A stretch of 64,000 nt of DNA from Batkoa obscura (taxonomy: Eukaryota). The stretch spans positions 992,001-1,056,000 of the forward strand of contig JASVEC010000016.1 of the NCBI GenBank assembly GCA_030770535.1. The letters run 5' to 3'. The position numbers and the translations under genes are program-made. Each line of letters opens with the position of its first letter. The first letter of the stretch is position 1. The notes beneath the pieces are model-generated. The model did not search any database. It was not told the DNA's origin and saw nothing but the letters and a program-made list of their open reading frames with translations. This document shows positions 1-13,434 of the stretch, piece after piece.

Positions 1-990
1 ATAAAAATCATTGTTAAATAGTCGTCTCTTTATTTATAAACTAAACTTTCATTCTAAAGCATAAAAAGTTGCTTAAAAAATTTAAAGCTATAGTTTTTAT
101 CATAATAAATAACGCCACTTTTTTTCTGCATAAATTGGATAAAACATGAGAAAACCTTATAGATTAAAAAGTTTGATGAGAGGCAACACTAATCCAGGAT
201 GGTTTCTAGTGTTTTACTAAAACTTTAATAAAAAAAAGTAATAAAATAATATTAGAAAAATTAAAAATTAAATGATCAATAAAGAACATTTGTTAGTATA
301 AATAAAACTAAAAAGCAAAACTGTTTTGCACATATGTTAACTTATTATATAATTTATTTTTAAAAATTTAATAATAGCTAAAGTTTGATAAAAAATGTCT
401 TTAATTTTTTATTTTCAGCTAATTTAAAACAAAAATACTTAAAAATTACATTAAATATATATTTTATTATAATGAAAATTTTATAGAATGTTAATCTTAA
501 GTTAAAATAAAAGAATAAATTTTTAAAAAAATATACTTTTAATTTTGTATTTATTATTAAGCTATCAAATAAAATTGAGTTTAATTTAACTTTAACTAGA
601 TAAAAATAGTAAGGTTTTATAAACTAAGTTTTTTAGATTATTATTATTTAACGTTTAATTAATATAAAAGCTTCAATAATTTATTATATGATGAATTATT
701 ACGTACATAAATAGCTTTATTTTTCAATTTTATTTATATTACTAAACTTTTTTTTTCACTATTTAGTTTTGAAGTATTTAATATAATTTTTACTTTTTAT
801 AGCTCAACTTTCTATAATTACTCACAAGCTCAAAAATATGGTCAATCATTTTAAAAATAATTTATAGATACAGCACTGTTACTTTTTTATTAAATTACAA
901 AGGTTTTTCTACAACAAACGGCATCTTCAGTAAATAAGTGATAATAAGACATCATACAAAAAACAAAATTAATTTAGCCATTAAACAATA

Positions 991-1085
991 TACAAGAATA
1001 TATTTTTTTGCTTAATAATTTTACTAATAATTTTTCTATTTAGTATTTAAAAAACAAAAAAGTGAAGTCAAAAAAATACACCTAT
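991..1085 (-). mobile_element. Degenerate copy of ~100-bp MITE
   Basis: Internal motifs AATTTTACTAATAA and GAAGTCAAAAAAATACACC match the family; termini eroded, boundaries approximate. Confidence 0.55.
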
Positions 1086-1739
1086 ATAATAGCAGAATTT
1101 TTGGCTTAAAATAATAAAGATGCCTTCCTTACTAAATAAATTTTTATGTATGAATTTAGACGTCCATTCATTTAATTCCAGTACAGTATAAAAGATCATC
1201 ATTAACTTATATTAAATTTCTTAGCCTTTAATCATATTTGGACTTTTTTCAAGGATATGATTAAAACGCAATCTTTTGTCCGACAGTGTTATAGTAAAGC
1301 TAGTTTTAGACACTATCTGTTTTGGATATTTTACTTGTAGTAAGGAAATAAATAAACCATCTTATAGTTTCTTTTAGCCAAGTTATTTCTGCACAGGTTT
1401 TTAAGGCTAGTCTAATTTGAGCTTTATGGCAAAAATTAGAATTAGGTGGCAAATCAAAATTGGGCCAAATTTAGATTTATTTGCCAAGTTTTAAAAAAAG
1501 TTATACTCAGTAAATTTGGAATTTTTATAATTAGAAATATAAAATGAAATTATTACATATTCAATGCTGATTTTCAAGTCAGTAAAAGTAAAGGTTGAAA
1601 TAATCCCAAAGAGTATATAACCCAAAGATGTATAGTTGAATTTGAGTTAAAAATTGAATATTTATTGTGATTCCTATAAATTTTTCATCGTTTGTAAATT
1701 TTAATTTTTGTTCGAAGAAACAGTATATTAGTATCTTAA

Positions 1740-4700
1740 ATGAAAGTTGGGTCAGGAGAAAAAGTAAAGCAGGTGGAAATAAGTGAGCATTTATTATCTT
1801 TTGAAGATGTCTGCTCCAAGTATGGAACTGGCGTTAATCCTAACAAGCCTTAGGAAAGTCAAGGCTTAACTCCGGAAAAAGTTCAAGAAGCCAAAGAAGC
1901 TTATGGTCTTAATACGCTAACTCTAGCTAAAGGCAAACGCCCAATAGTTCGTTTTTTAGAATGTTTAGGCAATCTCTTTAATATACTATTGATATTAGCC
2001 GGAATTTTGACCTTTATTATTTTTGGTATTGATCCTGTAGGCAACTTCCCTTCATCTTATATCGGCGCCATTCTTATTAGGATATCAATACTCAATACTT
2101 TTATTGAATTTATTCAACTTCAAAAATCTGCAAATGCATTAGAATCCTTTCTTAATATGATCCCTCAGCAATGTCGTACAGTACGTGACGGGTCATTAAC
2201 TCAGATTCTTGACTCAGAGTTGGTTCCAGGTGATGTAGTATTCGTTCGTATGGGTGATAAAATTCCAGCTGATCTTTATCTATTTCAAGCATCCAATATG
2301 AAAGTTGATAACTCTTCGCTTACTGGAGAATGTGAGCCCCAATCACGTACTATTGAAAAAAAAATGAAAAATCCACTTGAAGCAACTAATTTGGGGTTTA
2401 ATGGGACTTTGGTGGTTTCAGGAGAAGGCTATGGTATCATTATCAAAACCGGAGATTCTACTGTATTGGGACAGATTGCTGGTTTAACTGCAAATGAAAA
2501 TAAAAATGAATCTCTGCTCTCAGTAGAAGTTGACATTTTTGTCAAAATTGTTGCTACAATAGCTTGTATTACTGGCATTATCTTCTTTTTCTTAGGCTTT
2601 GGTACTGGTATGAAAATCAAAGATTACCTTACTTTTGCTGTTGGAGTTTTTGTTGGATGGGTTCCAGAAGGTCTCCTAGCTACCTTGAAAATGTTATTAA
2701 CATTTACTGCTGAGCGTATGGCCAAAAGAAACGTACTAGTAAAGGACCTCCAAAGCGTAGAAACTTTGGGTCCTATCACCCTCCTTGCAACTGATAAAAC
2801 AGGGACTCTTACACGCAACAAAATGACAGTAGCTGGCCTTTGGACTTCTGGAAAACTTTACTCTACATCACAAAACGCTGGGAGTTTAGGAATCCGTATT
2901 CAACTTGACTCACCTGGTATTAAAGAAATTATATTAAACACTTCATTAAATTCTAGAGCTATATTTGATTGTACTGATGCTCCAATTAGTAAAAGAGAAA
3001 TCATTGGCGACGCTACTGAATCCGGTCTTATTCGCTTTGCTGCACAAAATCACTCTGATTTTGATGGTCTCCAAACTAAATACTCATGTGTATTTGATGT
3101 CCTATTCAATTTGGATAACAAATGGGCAATGACTATTAGCCAGTTTCCCCATAGCAATGGCGACCTCACTCTTTACTTAAAAGGTGCACCAGGAAGAATA
3201 CTACATCTTTGTTCAACTATATTAATTGACAGGCAGCCTATATCACTTATTAAAGAACATCAAACACAATTTCAAGAAATTTATGAGCTTATGGCTAGTA
3301 GGGGGCATCGTGTATTTGCCTTTGCCCAACTATTGTTATCAAGAGATCAATTTCCTAAAGATTTTATATTCAATAAGAAGCTTAATAGCTATCCAACAAC
3401 TGAATTAACCTTCGTTGGTCTCACTTCATTAGAGGATCCCCCAAAGCATGGTGTACGCAAAGCTATTGTTATGTGCAGAGCAGCAGGCATCCGTGTAATG
3501 ATGGCAACTGGTGATCGTCCACTTACTGCTGAAGCTATAGGGCGTAAAGTTAATCTGATAATTTCAGATACTAAACAAATGGTCGCCAAGAAAACTGGAC
3601 GCCCAATTGAATCTATTGGGGAAGATGAATATGATGCTGTTGTTGTTCATGGTGAACAAATTGATGGATTAAATAGCCAAGATTGGGATAATATTTTTGC
3701 CAAAAATGAAATCATATTTGCTCGTACGTCTCCACGCCATAAACTTGAAATCGTTAAACGTGCTCAATCTATGGGTCATATTGTAGGAGTTACTGGTGAT
3801 GGTGTTAATGATTCACCAGCTTTAAAGAAAGCAGATCTTGGTATTGCAATAAATAAATCCGGCTCAGATGTATCTAAAGAAGCTGCAGCAATGATTTTAC
3901 TTGATGATAATTTTGGATCTACAATACATGGGATAGAGGAAGGTCGTCTTATTTTTTCCAACCTTAAAAAAAGCATCCATTATACAATTTCACATACCCT
4001 ATCAGAAATGATCCCACAACTAATTTATGTTGTTGTACCTACACCACTTCTCATTGGTCCTTTACAGATCCTCTCAATTGATCTTGGCTTTGAGATTTGT
4101 GTTGCATTAACTTTTGCATGGGAGAAGCCTGAGACAAAAACAGGCCTAATAAAGCTCCAGCACCGCAAACCAGTAGCCAACAAATCAATATAAAGGTTTC
4201 GCCGTATAAAGTAAAACCAACTTCAATCTGCTATTGATCCAGGAACTGGTGAAGAAAAACAGCCTTCCACATTTAAAAAAGTAGTCTATTCCTTTTTAAG
4301 AATGTTTACTAAAGCTTTTTGGGTTGAATTCTTTGAAAAAACAGAAGATGAATTAGGTATTGACTCGAATTTATTGTCGTGGTCTTATCTTGAAGCCGGG
4401 TCAATTGAAACTTTTGGGGCTGCTATTAATTCTTTCTTTGTATTGGGTTGTTATGGTATCTCATTTTATGACTCCATCAGCTTACAAAGAGCTCAGCCAT
4501 TTTTAACGATGCCGGATATGGATACCGTATTTACTGTTAGCTCTGGTGTTACTTATACACGATCTGAACTTTTACAATATTTATCACAATTTCAAATTTG
4601 CTATACAATATCTGTCATGGTAATACAAGCATTCAATTTATTTTGCTGCAAGTCTAGTCTAACTTATCCTTTTGGAAAACACGTATTTAGTAATTACCAT

Positions 4701-4964
4701 AATTTTATTGGTCTAGTACTTGGATTTGTTCTTATTTTATTTATTATATACTGTCCGGGGATAAACCATGTCTTTGGATTTTCATATAAGTTTCCCTTGC
4801 AATTCATAGTTGGATCTTTGATTACCGGGGTTGTATTGTTACTTTATTCTATAACAAGATTCTTTTTGTTTAAACGCTTTAGCACAATAAAATACAATCC
4901 AGATATTGAAGGCTTAGTGATGCACCCAACTATACATACCATGTATTCAAGTGCAGAACCCTGA
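1740..4964 (+). pseudogene. Type IIC P-type ATPase (Na+/K+ or H+/K+ alpha-subunit-like), disrupted by three in-frame stops
   Basis: One frame from ATG 1740 to TGA 4962-4964; motifs DNSSLTGE, DKTGTLT, GDATE, TGDGVNDSPALKKAD, DDNF; stops TAG 1851, TAA 4191, TAA 4212; altered motifs KGAPG, ATGDRP, PEGLLAT. Confidence 0.85.
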
Positions 4965-5713
4965 TGCCTTATTTAATTTGCCTTTTTTAATATTATAAAA
5001 AATACAGTCTCTACTTGCGTATATGCTCTTAATAAAACTTTGTATATTTGCTAATATGTCAAAATATGTCAAAATAGCCTTTTTATAATTTACCCTGCTT
5101 TATTTTCACTTTAACGATTATAGGCTAGTTTTTAAAAGTAATAAATTTTAAAAGTTTTTTAGATAGTTATATTTATTTTAATTGTCATAGTCCTATAACA
5201 TAATAGTCATTTGGGAAGAATCTAAAAGAGTATCAAAGGCCAGATGTTAAATATTAGTATATCTATATACTAAAGCCTATAATTTTAAATTATAAATAAA
5301 TTTTATTTTTTTATACTTTTGATGGTCTAAATAAAATGTTTCGATCTGCTCTATGTTTATACTTATGTTTTCTTCTAACTATTAGTACTCTCTATAAGAA
5401 TCCTTAAATTACAAATGCTATATTTTAAAATACTTTTGTTAAAAATCACACTTAAAGGTAGCAACTTCAATTAGTTCAAGATTGTAATTTTCAAAATATC
5501 TATAACATATAATAGATTTATTTGAAATGAATAATAAGGTAAAGATAAAAACAATGTCATATAATCCCTACTTATATAAATGTGGAATTTGAATAAGATA
5601 CTCATAAATTGACGTTATTAAATACTCAACTATATAATAAACTAACATAAAATTGTAATTATAATCAAAACAAAAATAATGTATTTATAACTAAAAATGG
5701 CCATTAAAAAGGA

Positions 5714-7574
5714 TTAATTATCCTTGTCAGTGTTAGAAATTCCTGGGCCAGTATTGGCTAAAGAACCAGCAAGAGACATAACTCCACCATCGCCATCAAA
5801 AGTGAACCCTTCAAATTGTTTTTGTAAAGTAGCTGAGAGTGCTGAATCTTCGACAACTGAATCAAGTGCAGGTTCAGAAGTAAATTCGTCATCAAAATTA
5901 GAAGTATCCGAGGAAGATGCCACTGAAGGTTTAAATGGTGGCTGGTAACGTTTAGCCAACAACTTGCCCCAATCAATCTCAGCAAAGAAGGGATGAGCTT
6001 TAATCTCTTGTGCACCTCGGTTACCCAGTCTCTGATTAGGATCTCTATTAAGCAAACCACGTAACAATGACCTTGCTCTTACTGATACATCGTCTGGAAA
6101 TGTTAATTCTTCTTCTAAAATACGACGGTACATTTCATTAGTGTTTTCATCATAAAATGGAGGCAATCCAGTTAACATTTCATATAATAATACTCCTAAC
6201 GTCCACCAATCAACAGTCTTTGTATACCCCTGACCATATAGTAGCTCAGGTGCTAAATATTCTGGAGTACCACAAAATGTATTAGTGGTGGTATTATCTA
6301 CCATATTTAATTTACATAATCCAAAATCACATAAAGCAATATGTCCAGTACAATCTAATAATATATTCTCTGGTTTTAAATCTCTATAAATAATATTGTA
6401 GCCATGTAAGCACTCTAATGCAGCTAACAACTCGGCAATATAAAATCTAGCACGATTTTCATCAAATTTTCCTTCTTGTTGAAGATGATAAAATAATTCT
6501 CCTCCATTAATGAACGCTAATACTAAATACAACTTTTCTTTGGTTTGGAATGAGAATTTTAAAGGTACAATAAATGGATGGTTGATTTTTGCTAATACCA
6601 TTCTCTCTGCTAAAGTATGAGTTACTTCCGAGCGAGATATTATTTTGCTTTTATTTAGTATTTTCATTGCATAAATCCTATTAGTATCCCTTTTTCTAAC
6701 TTGCATCACCTAATTTGGTATTAATTTGTAATTTTTTTTGAGTATAAAACTACCTTTCCAAAACTTCCTTTTCCAATCACTTTGAGTAAATCAAATTGGT
6801 CGATAGAAAGATCAGCAGACTATATATTTAATAAGAAAAATAAAGCCAATGTTAAAATTTTAAATTACTTCTTGCTTTTTGTAACAAGTTTGGATACGGA
6901 TGCTTCCCTTATGTTGATTTAATGTATACCATTCATCAATCATTTTCTATTTGAAAATAATTAAACACTTATGTTAAATAAAAATAGTAATTACTTGGTT
7001 TGAAAAATCAGGAGAAACACTGACAGATCCAATAAACTCAGAGCCATCGCCACTATCACTTTTACCATCGCCAGATGTGCTGTCTTTGGATTCAACATTA
7101 CGAACATAAATTGATATGTTCAATTCACTTTCTCTAGAAACATCACTAAAATAGATTTGTATTTCTAGAACCATGACTTCATATATATAATAAAACTTAC
7201 AAATGAGCTCTATATTTCCAGACTGGTGAGTCTAAATCTCCGCCTAAAGCATCAACTATCAGCTGATTTTTATCAAATTCAATTACAACATATGGTAAAT
7301 GGCGATAAAATGAAGATCCTTTGCCCCCAGATTTACTACTTAAACCTAGGTCTTTAGCTTCTACGATACGGATCAACAAAAGATCTGCTTTAGGGGAATT
7401 AGGCAATGGTGAAGCACTAGTTGGTGGAGAATGCACTGGTTCTGTTTTATCTTGGTCATTTAAAGTAGATTTAGATTCTAAGAGAACAAAGTGAGAAATC
7501 GTTTTGAAGGTTCTAGTTAATTGCTGATATATAAAGATTTACTTACTTTTAGATAACAACTTGTTAAAGCTCAT
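5714..7574 (-). CDS. YPK1: AGC protein kinase, Ypk1/Gad8 family (C2-like N-terminus), multi-exon
   Basis: Kinase motifs VIGKGSFGK, YRDLKPEN, DFG, TFCGTPEYLAPE; hydrophobic motif FEGFTF; N-terminal exons with YVVIEFDKNQ; ATG at 7574 followed by a GTAAGT donor. Confidence 0.92.
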
Positions 7575-8273
7575 TGTAATTAGAACTTCGTTTGTAAAAT
7601 TAAAAGCCACTTTTTCTCCACTTGATTATTTTCTAATATTATCCATCTCTAACCAATCATCTTATGTTATAGCTCATCAAATTTTTATTGCGAAATTTAC
7701 TATTGGGTTAGCTTAAACTCAAGGTTTTTTTCTCCGGTTTTAATCTTTTGCAAAATCCCAAATTAACAACAAGCGCCAAGATAACTGATAGCTATAGTTT
7801 GTTAACTTTTTAGAATAGACTATATGATAATGCATCTATTTGTTACAATTCTTAAAGGGTAATTCTTTTAATTTCTAATTTATATAAGAGTGCAAAATAA
7901 TAAAGCAATTTATAATTCTCATATGGATTTTCCAACTTAAGTCTAAACTAAATGGAAAATTAAAATTTTACACTTTTTAAACTTACAAATTTATATGGAT
8001 AAGTCTAAAAGCTTAGTAAAATAAAAGAATTTTCGATTCGCTTTTTTTAATCATTTATTATGTAGCGTAAAATTTTGAAAAAAAGCTCCTAAAGCCAAAA
8101 AAACGTTTTAATATGAGCTAATCTAAATTAAGCAAAAAAACAAATATTTCTATAACACAATGTTTAAGTTGATTTTTGCTAAAAAAAACAAATTAGACAA
8201 AATTTGAACTCAACTTTTAAACTAATGCATATAATAATTTATTTTAAAGATTATGTATCGGGATCTGAAGCAT

Positions 8274-8344
8274 GCAATGATGGTTTAGTGGTAAAATTGC
8301 CGCCTGCCACGCGGCAGCCCCGGGTTCGATTCCCGGTCATTGCA
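8274..8344 (+). tRNA. tRNA-Gly(GCC)
   Basis: Acceptor stem GCAATGA/TCATTGC; anticodon arm GCCGC-CTGCCAC-GCGGC; T-loop GGTTCGATTCC; followed by TTTT. Confidence 0.97.
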
Positions 8345-8449
8345 TTTTGGTACTTACGCCTTTACTTTATATAAATAATCCCAATAAAGCAGTAGCTTTG
8401 ATTGATAATCAAAAGGCTAATATCAATAATTTATTAAATCCATATCTAG

Positions 8450-9997
8450 TGTATAAAATACAAGTAAAGAGTAAAAAAGATGGCTTTTACTAAAATTTGA
8501 ACCATTTAGAATACAAGACAAGATTTTCTGTTAAGTTTCAAATATATAAGTCCAAGGAAGCATAGTCAACAGCATCATTAAAAATAAAAGTACTTTTTGC
8601 CAAATACTACTCTTCTTTAACTCCTTGATATTTTGATTGACTGGTAGCTCAACACAGCGTTTCCCAACTAATTCCTTAAAATCCCTTGATGGAGTGTTAA
8701 ATAGATTAAAGGTAAAACGTCCATTACAAAAACATAAATTAATGTCATGATGGAATGTATGGCTGCTACACTGAGTGAAAATTTCGTGACTAAGGCATAA
8801 AAGCTACTAAAAGTAATTTTTAGAGGCAAACTAAGGTTATACAAGAAAAGGCGTCACCTAATTAATACCCTATACTGTAAACATCAATCCTAGTACCTAT
8901 TAGTTCAGGAATTAGAAGTAAAGAAACAGATGAAGTTAATGTAATTTGGTCAATAGCAAGGGATAAAGAAAAAAGAATTAATCCAACATGAATAAAAACT
9001 GCACTTCAAGGTAATAAGCCCATTGAGATTATACCAAATGTAGCTGAAGCAATAACAAAAAAGTCAATGAAGTTTTCATTTAAAAGTGAAACTAAAGTTG
9101 ACAATACTATATATATATCGAAGTTCCAAGTAATAGCTATATTTATAGAGTATATTCTATTTATCTTAGCTAAAAACTCGTCAACAGATGCAAGGAATGC
9201 CGTATATATCTCACCTAAGAAGAAAACTGTAAAGGGTATAATCCAAAATCCAGTTGGTAAATATAACAGATTCTTGATAGAAAAGCTGGTTTTTTTTGCT
9301 TTTTCGATAATATGCTTACCACTAGTACGATCCAATATAAAAGCAGAAATCAAAGTACCAAGCACAAAATACTATAAATACCAATTGAAGGCCAAAGAAC
9401 ATAGTTATGAAATCTAGGTTTAATCATCATAGAGATTATAGCTGCTTGAATTGACAGAATAGACGTATAATATAGACAAGTTTTCAACCTAATGATAGTA
9501 GTAATAATAAATGTGGAAGACCATTTTCCTAAAGCAACCTCTTGTGTAACTACAATAATTCCATATCTTAAACCAAGAACAATTTGTCCAGTAATAAACA
9601 AAGGAAAAGATTCAACATGAGCAGAAATATCAGTAATAATACTTGCAATAAGAACTATAGAAGAGCCAATCACTGAGCCAGGAGCTGTAAAAAACTTGTA
9701 AAAACTCCAACTAACAATTACATGACCAAATTAATCAATAAACTATAGATCCACGGTTTCATATTGACTCCCAATTGACCCTTAGTTTTCCTTAAAGCGT
9801 CCTTCTGAATATTTTAGCAAATATGTTGGAAAATAGAATCCAGCTGAAAACAAAACAGTAAAGAATAAAGCTAATACTTTCTAGACCCATCTTTCATTAG
9901 GACTTTCCTTTAACTTGCTTGATTCAGCATTGGTAATTAGTTTAGTATAACTCCTAGATCTTTTCTCTTCAATTTCACTTAATACAATGCTAACCAT
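8450..9997 (-). pseudogene. Decayed MFS transporter (MFSD1-like)
   Basis: ATG 9997 opens a hydrophobic frame with an early TAG (WV*KVLALFFTVLFSAG); overlapping frameshifted TM-rich fragments 9350-9673 (GQIVLGL..GIIVVTQE..LGKW) and 9006-9365; lower boundary approximate. Confidence 0.7.
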
Positions 9998-10137
9998 AGT
10001 AGGTTTAATCTACTTCCTTTTATATCTAGTAAACGCATATATTATGCCTATTGTACTTTATTCATAATCAAAAAAATGTTTTTTTAGAAAATGATTTTGC
10101 TTTATTATATGAATTAGATATGATTAATTATAATAAC

Positions 10138-10236
10138 TGGAGATGTATTTTGTGGTTAAGAATTTTGCTAACAAATTTTCTGCTTAAATAGCGCTTAAAA
10201 AATGGAAAAAACAATGAAGTCAAAAAAACACTCCCA
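10138..10236 (-). mobile_element. MITE copy
   Basis: TGGAGATG...CACTCCCA with family core; flanked by AC/AC. Confidence 0.9.
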
Positions 10237-11253
10237 ACTGTTATGTAGAAAATTTACCAAAATATAGATGTTGAATATTTAACAAATATCACTATTATGG
10301 CTATAGAAGAGGAAGCTTCATATTCGATTAGAGAACTATACTTTCTTTATAATAGATTTGATAATTTAACATCATCAATTATATCACATTTAATTTATTA
10401 TACTATTACATCAAATAGTACATAACCATAAAATAACTAGATGTTAAAATTTTGTATGATTTGACTATAAACTGATTGCTTTACTTGGCTTTGAAAATAA
10501 ACTTACTAGTAATGGAGAATGACATCATATATTTTGTTTAGGATTTTATGATAATATATATTACAATCACCTGCATATAACAACGACACATATTTATATG
10601 ACTATAGTATTTAAGTATAATGAGCAGTAGCTATTAAAGTTTAGAAATACTACTAATCTATTACATCAGCTTTTCATTAAACTTATAATAAAATCATTAT
10701 TAAAACCAATAAAACACTATATACATTGATGCCTTTTTGTTTTCTAAGTTTAATAAACGTAGAATATATTATCATCTGTATACCTTCATATGATATAACC
10801 TGGCCTTGAGCTTTTGTTACTCACTATTTTTTATAACCATGTCTTTAAATAAAATAAGAATTTTATTCACATCTTATTTTGTTTTATTCAAGCTAATTAT
10901 ACATTCCATCTTTAAAATATTTTTTCTAGATTACTTATTCTTGTGAAAGGTATAGTTTATTGAGATTAGGAAGATTTAAAGAGATAGGAGATATAGATAT
11001 GTAGTGTGAGGACTTTAGCCTGAATCAGGGGGAGCGGTGGTCTTCAAAATCATTTTTCTAACTTTTAAAGTAATGATTTTTATTGAGCAGCAGTAGATAA
11101 ATAAATAGTCATCACATAAAGGACTTATTACAATTAAATTGAAAAACGCTTAGTTTAAAGTATAGCATTTTTATGCTTAGAGACTGGAAGTTTGTTTTTT
11201 GTTTATCAAAAAAAATAGAAAATCAATTTAATCTAATAACTATAGACATTTTA

Positions 11254-12435
11254 TTATTCTTTGGCCAAAGGTTGGAAGAAAGGAATACTATTAATAGCAT
11301 CAGTGAATTTGGCTACTTGTTCTTCAGACTCTCTAACATCTTCTTCGTCTAATCCTTCTTCTTCAATCCATGATTTTCTAATTGGTTTAAGCTTCTTAAT
11401 TCTTTCTTTGGCAAATGGATTTACAGCTCTACCTTTATTAGCTTTTGCAACTTTAGCAATAATATCATCCATAGTTAGATTAGCAAAGGTAGATAAAATA
11501 GGATTAGTATAGGTAGAGGGCAAAGTGATACTTCTGCTATTCTTTCCACCCTTGTTAAATTGTCTTGGGTAATCAGGATATGTATAACAGAAGAAATTAG
11601 ATTCAGTATCAAGTGCATCTCCAGCAGTCAATAAGAAAGGCGACATTCTATCATCTTGGCTAACTCTTTGTCTATATCTTTTACCTTCGTATTGATCTTC
11701 CTTTGGATGTTTCATTTGCCAGCGATACCATACTAAATCTATAAAAGTATGATGGAAGTAGAAAATAGGATCTAAAGGAGAGTACATAGTAGAAAAATCG
11801 GAAGGACGATCACCAATACTCATATGGGGATCACCATGAAATCTTTCTACTAAATGAGCAAAAAACGAAAATCTAGGATCATTAATAGCAACCAACATTT
11901 GTTCTGGTGAAGCAAATCGACTAACTGTGTTATCCTCTCCTTGACCATCATCAAATTTCCTTGTTAAGTAATGAGGGCTTGGGAAGTCGAAGTAGGTATT
12001 ATTAAATGGCCCATCAGTTAAACGATATTCTTCGTCAGGGTTTCCATTTTTTCCAAGGAAATCAAATATTTCACTTTTTTCTGGATTGTTAGCATCATAA
12101 GTCCAATCCCAATAAGCTAAATGTACTCCTGGGTCAATACGTTGTAATTCCATTTCAAAATATCTTAAAAAGATACGATGCCATGGATAAAATGCTGGTT
12201 TACCATGAGCAAATTTATTTGCCCTTTGATGAATACGTGCAAATTTTTCAAATCGACTTAATTTATCATTACTAAATGGATCAGGTTCCATTAGTTTACG
12301 CATTGCATTTATTAATCTATTCCGCTCATCATCACTTAATTCACGTATTTCCTTACGTAAATATGGGCTTTCGCAGCGTCCAGCAGCTATCCCACTTATT
12401 AAAAGTCCACTTAAAACCCAGTTTATTAATTTCAT
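11254..12435 (-). CDS. Secreted tyrosinase-like type-3 copper protein
   Basis: Signal-peptide-like N-terminus; RKEIRELS; CuA H...AHGKPAFYPWHR; YWDW; CuB HGDPH...DPIFYFHH. Confidence 0.93.
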   Translation of the reverse strand: MKLINWVLSGLLISGIAAGRCESPYLRKEIRELSDDERNRLINAMRKLMEPDPFSNDKLSRFEKFARIHQRANKFAHGKPAFYPWHRIFLRYFEMELQRIDPGVHLAYWDWTYDANNPEKSEIFDFLGKNGNPDEEYRLTDGPFNNTYFDFPSPHYLTRKFDDGQGEDNTVSRFASPEQMLVAINDPRFSFFAHLVERFHGDPHMSIGDRPSDFSTMYSPLDPIFYFHHTFIDLVWYRWQMKHPKEDQYEGKRYRQRVSQDDRMSPFLLTAGDALDTESNFFCYTYPDYPRQFNKGGKNSRSITLPSTYTNPILSTFANLTMDDIIAKVAKANKGRAVNPFAKERIKKLKPIRKSWIEEEGLDEEDVRESEEQVAKFTDAINSIPFFQPLAKE

Positions 12436-12808
12436 TAGCCTTTTTTTTAAGTACCAGCTTTTATTGATTAATTTATTAATTTCAAATTAATAAATAAGCA
12501 AAAAATAATGTTAAAAGACCGATGTTCTAGTATTTATAATAATAATAACAGAAACTTACTTATTTATAATAGTAGTCAATCTTAACTATCGTTTTGTTTA
12601 TCCTTTTCTTTTTATATTCGATTTTAATTTTAGTTTGATTTTTTGGCTTATCTTTTTTCTAGTAAATCAAATTAAATCTGCCTCAAATCTTTAATTTTTG
12701 GTACCCAATGCAACAATTAGAAAATTGGACCAGCCATGTTGAAAAATCCCTCATTTTTTTTAATAACAATAAAATCCCTCACTTTTTAATTCAGACATTT
12801 GTTTAATA

Positions 12809-12909
12809 TGGGGATGTTTTTTCTAGCTTCATTATTTTTTCTGTTTTTTAAGTGCTATTTGAGTGGAAAGATTGTTAGTAAAATTCTTAAACCAAAAAAT
12901 ACATCCACA
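12809..12909 (+). mobile_element. MITE copy
   Basis: TGGGGATG...CATCCACA; flanked by TA/TA. Confidence 0.92.
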
Positions 12910-13179
12910 TATCATTTTGTATTTTATTCTAACTTTATTTGATAGCACATTCATGCTATCTTTCATTTTCCATTATTTTATAATTGGTTTTAAGCTTAAA
13001 AATTCTACTATTAGCACAATATTAAGTTTTATATATAAAAGTAAACATAAAATGAAATCATATGGAAATAACAACAGTACTATTAACAATAGTAAATAAA
13101 CAACAATAATTTGCTAAAATTAATTTTTAATTTTTTTAATTTTTGAATTGCGTCAATTTTAAGATAGTCAAATACCATT

Positions 13180-13278
13180 TGGGAGTGTTTTTTAACTTCA
13201 TTATTTTTTCCATTTTTTAAGTGCTATTTAAGCGGAAAGTTTGTTAGTAAAATTCTTAAATACAAAAATACATCCCCA
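13180..13278 (+). mobile_element. MITE copy
   Basis: TGGGAGTG...CATCCCCA; flanked by TT/TT. Confidence 0.92.
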
Positions 13279-13336
13279 TTTATTTATTTAAAAGGTTTGT
13301 ATAATTAAACGTCAAATATTTAATTAAAATAACAAG

Positions 13337-13434
13337 TGAGGATGCGTTTTTTTATTTAAGAATTTACTACAACCTTTTCACTCAAATAGCGCTTAAAAAA
13401 TGGAAAAATAATGAAACGAAAAAAAACAGCCCCA
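13337..13434 (-). mobile_element. MITE copy
   Basis: TGAGGATG...CAGCCCCA; flanked by AG/AG. Confidence 0.92.

Noticed and set aside
2429..3976. Short antisense or alternative-frame ORFs inside the ATPase (similar ones inside the kinase, tyrosinase, RasGEF and OAT genes)
   Set aside because: Shadow ORFs with no independent coding signal
1851..4214. Stop-codon reassignment or readthrough in the ATPase
   Set aside because: Conserved neighbours (AOX, CAND1, eL43, OAT) end at TAA with no internal stops, and the ATPase also has damaged motifs
11005..11095. GC-richer patch with GGTGGT-CTTCAAA-ATCATT resembling a tRNA-Sec anticodon arm
   Set aside because: No T-loop, acceptor stem or variable arm found; the stem relies on three G-U pairs
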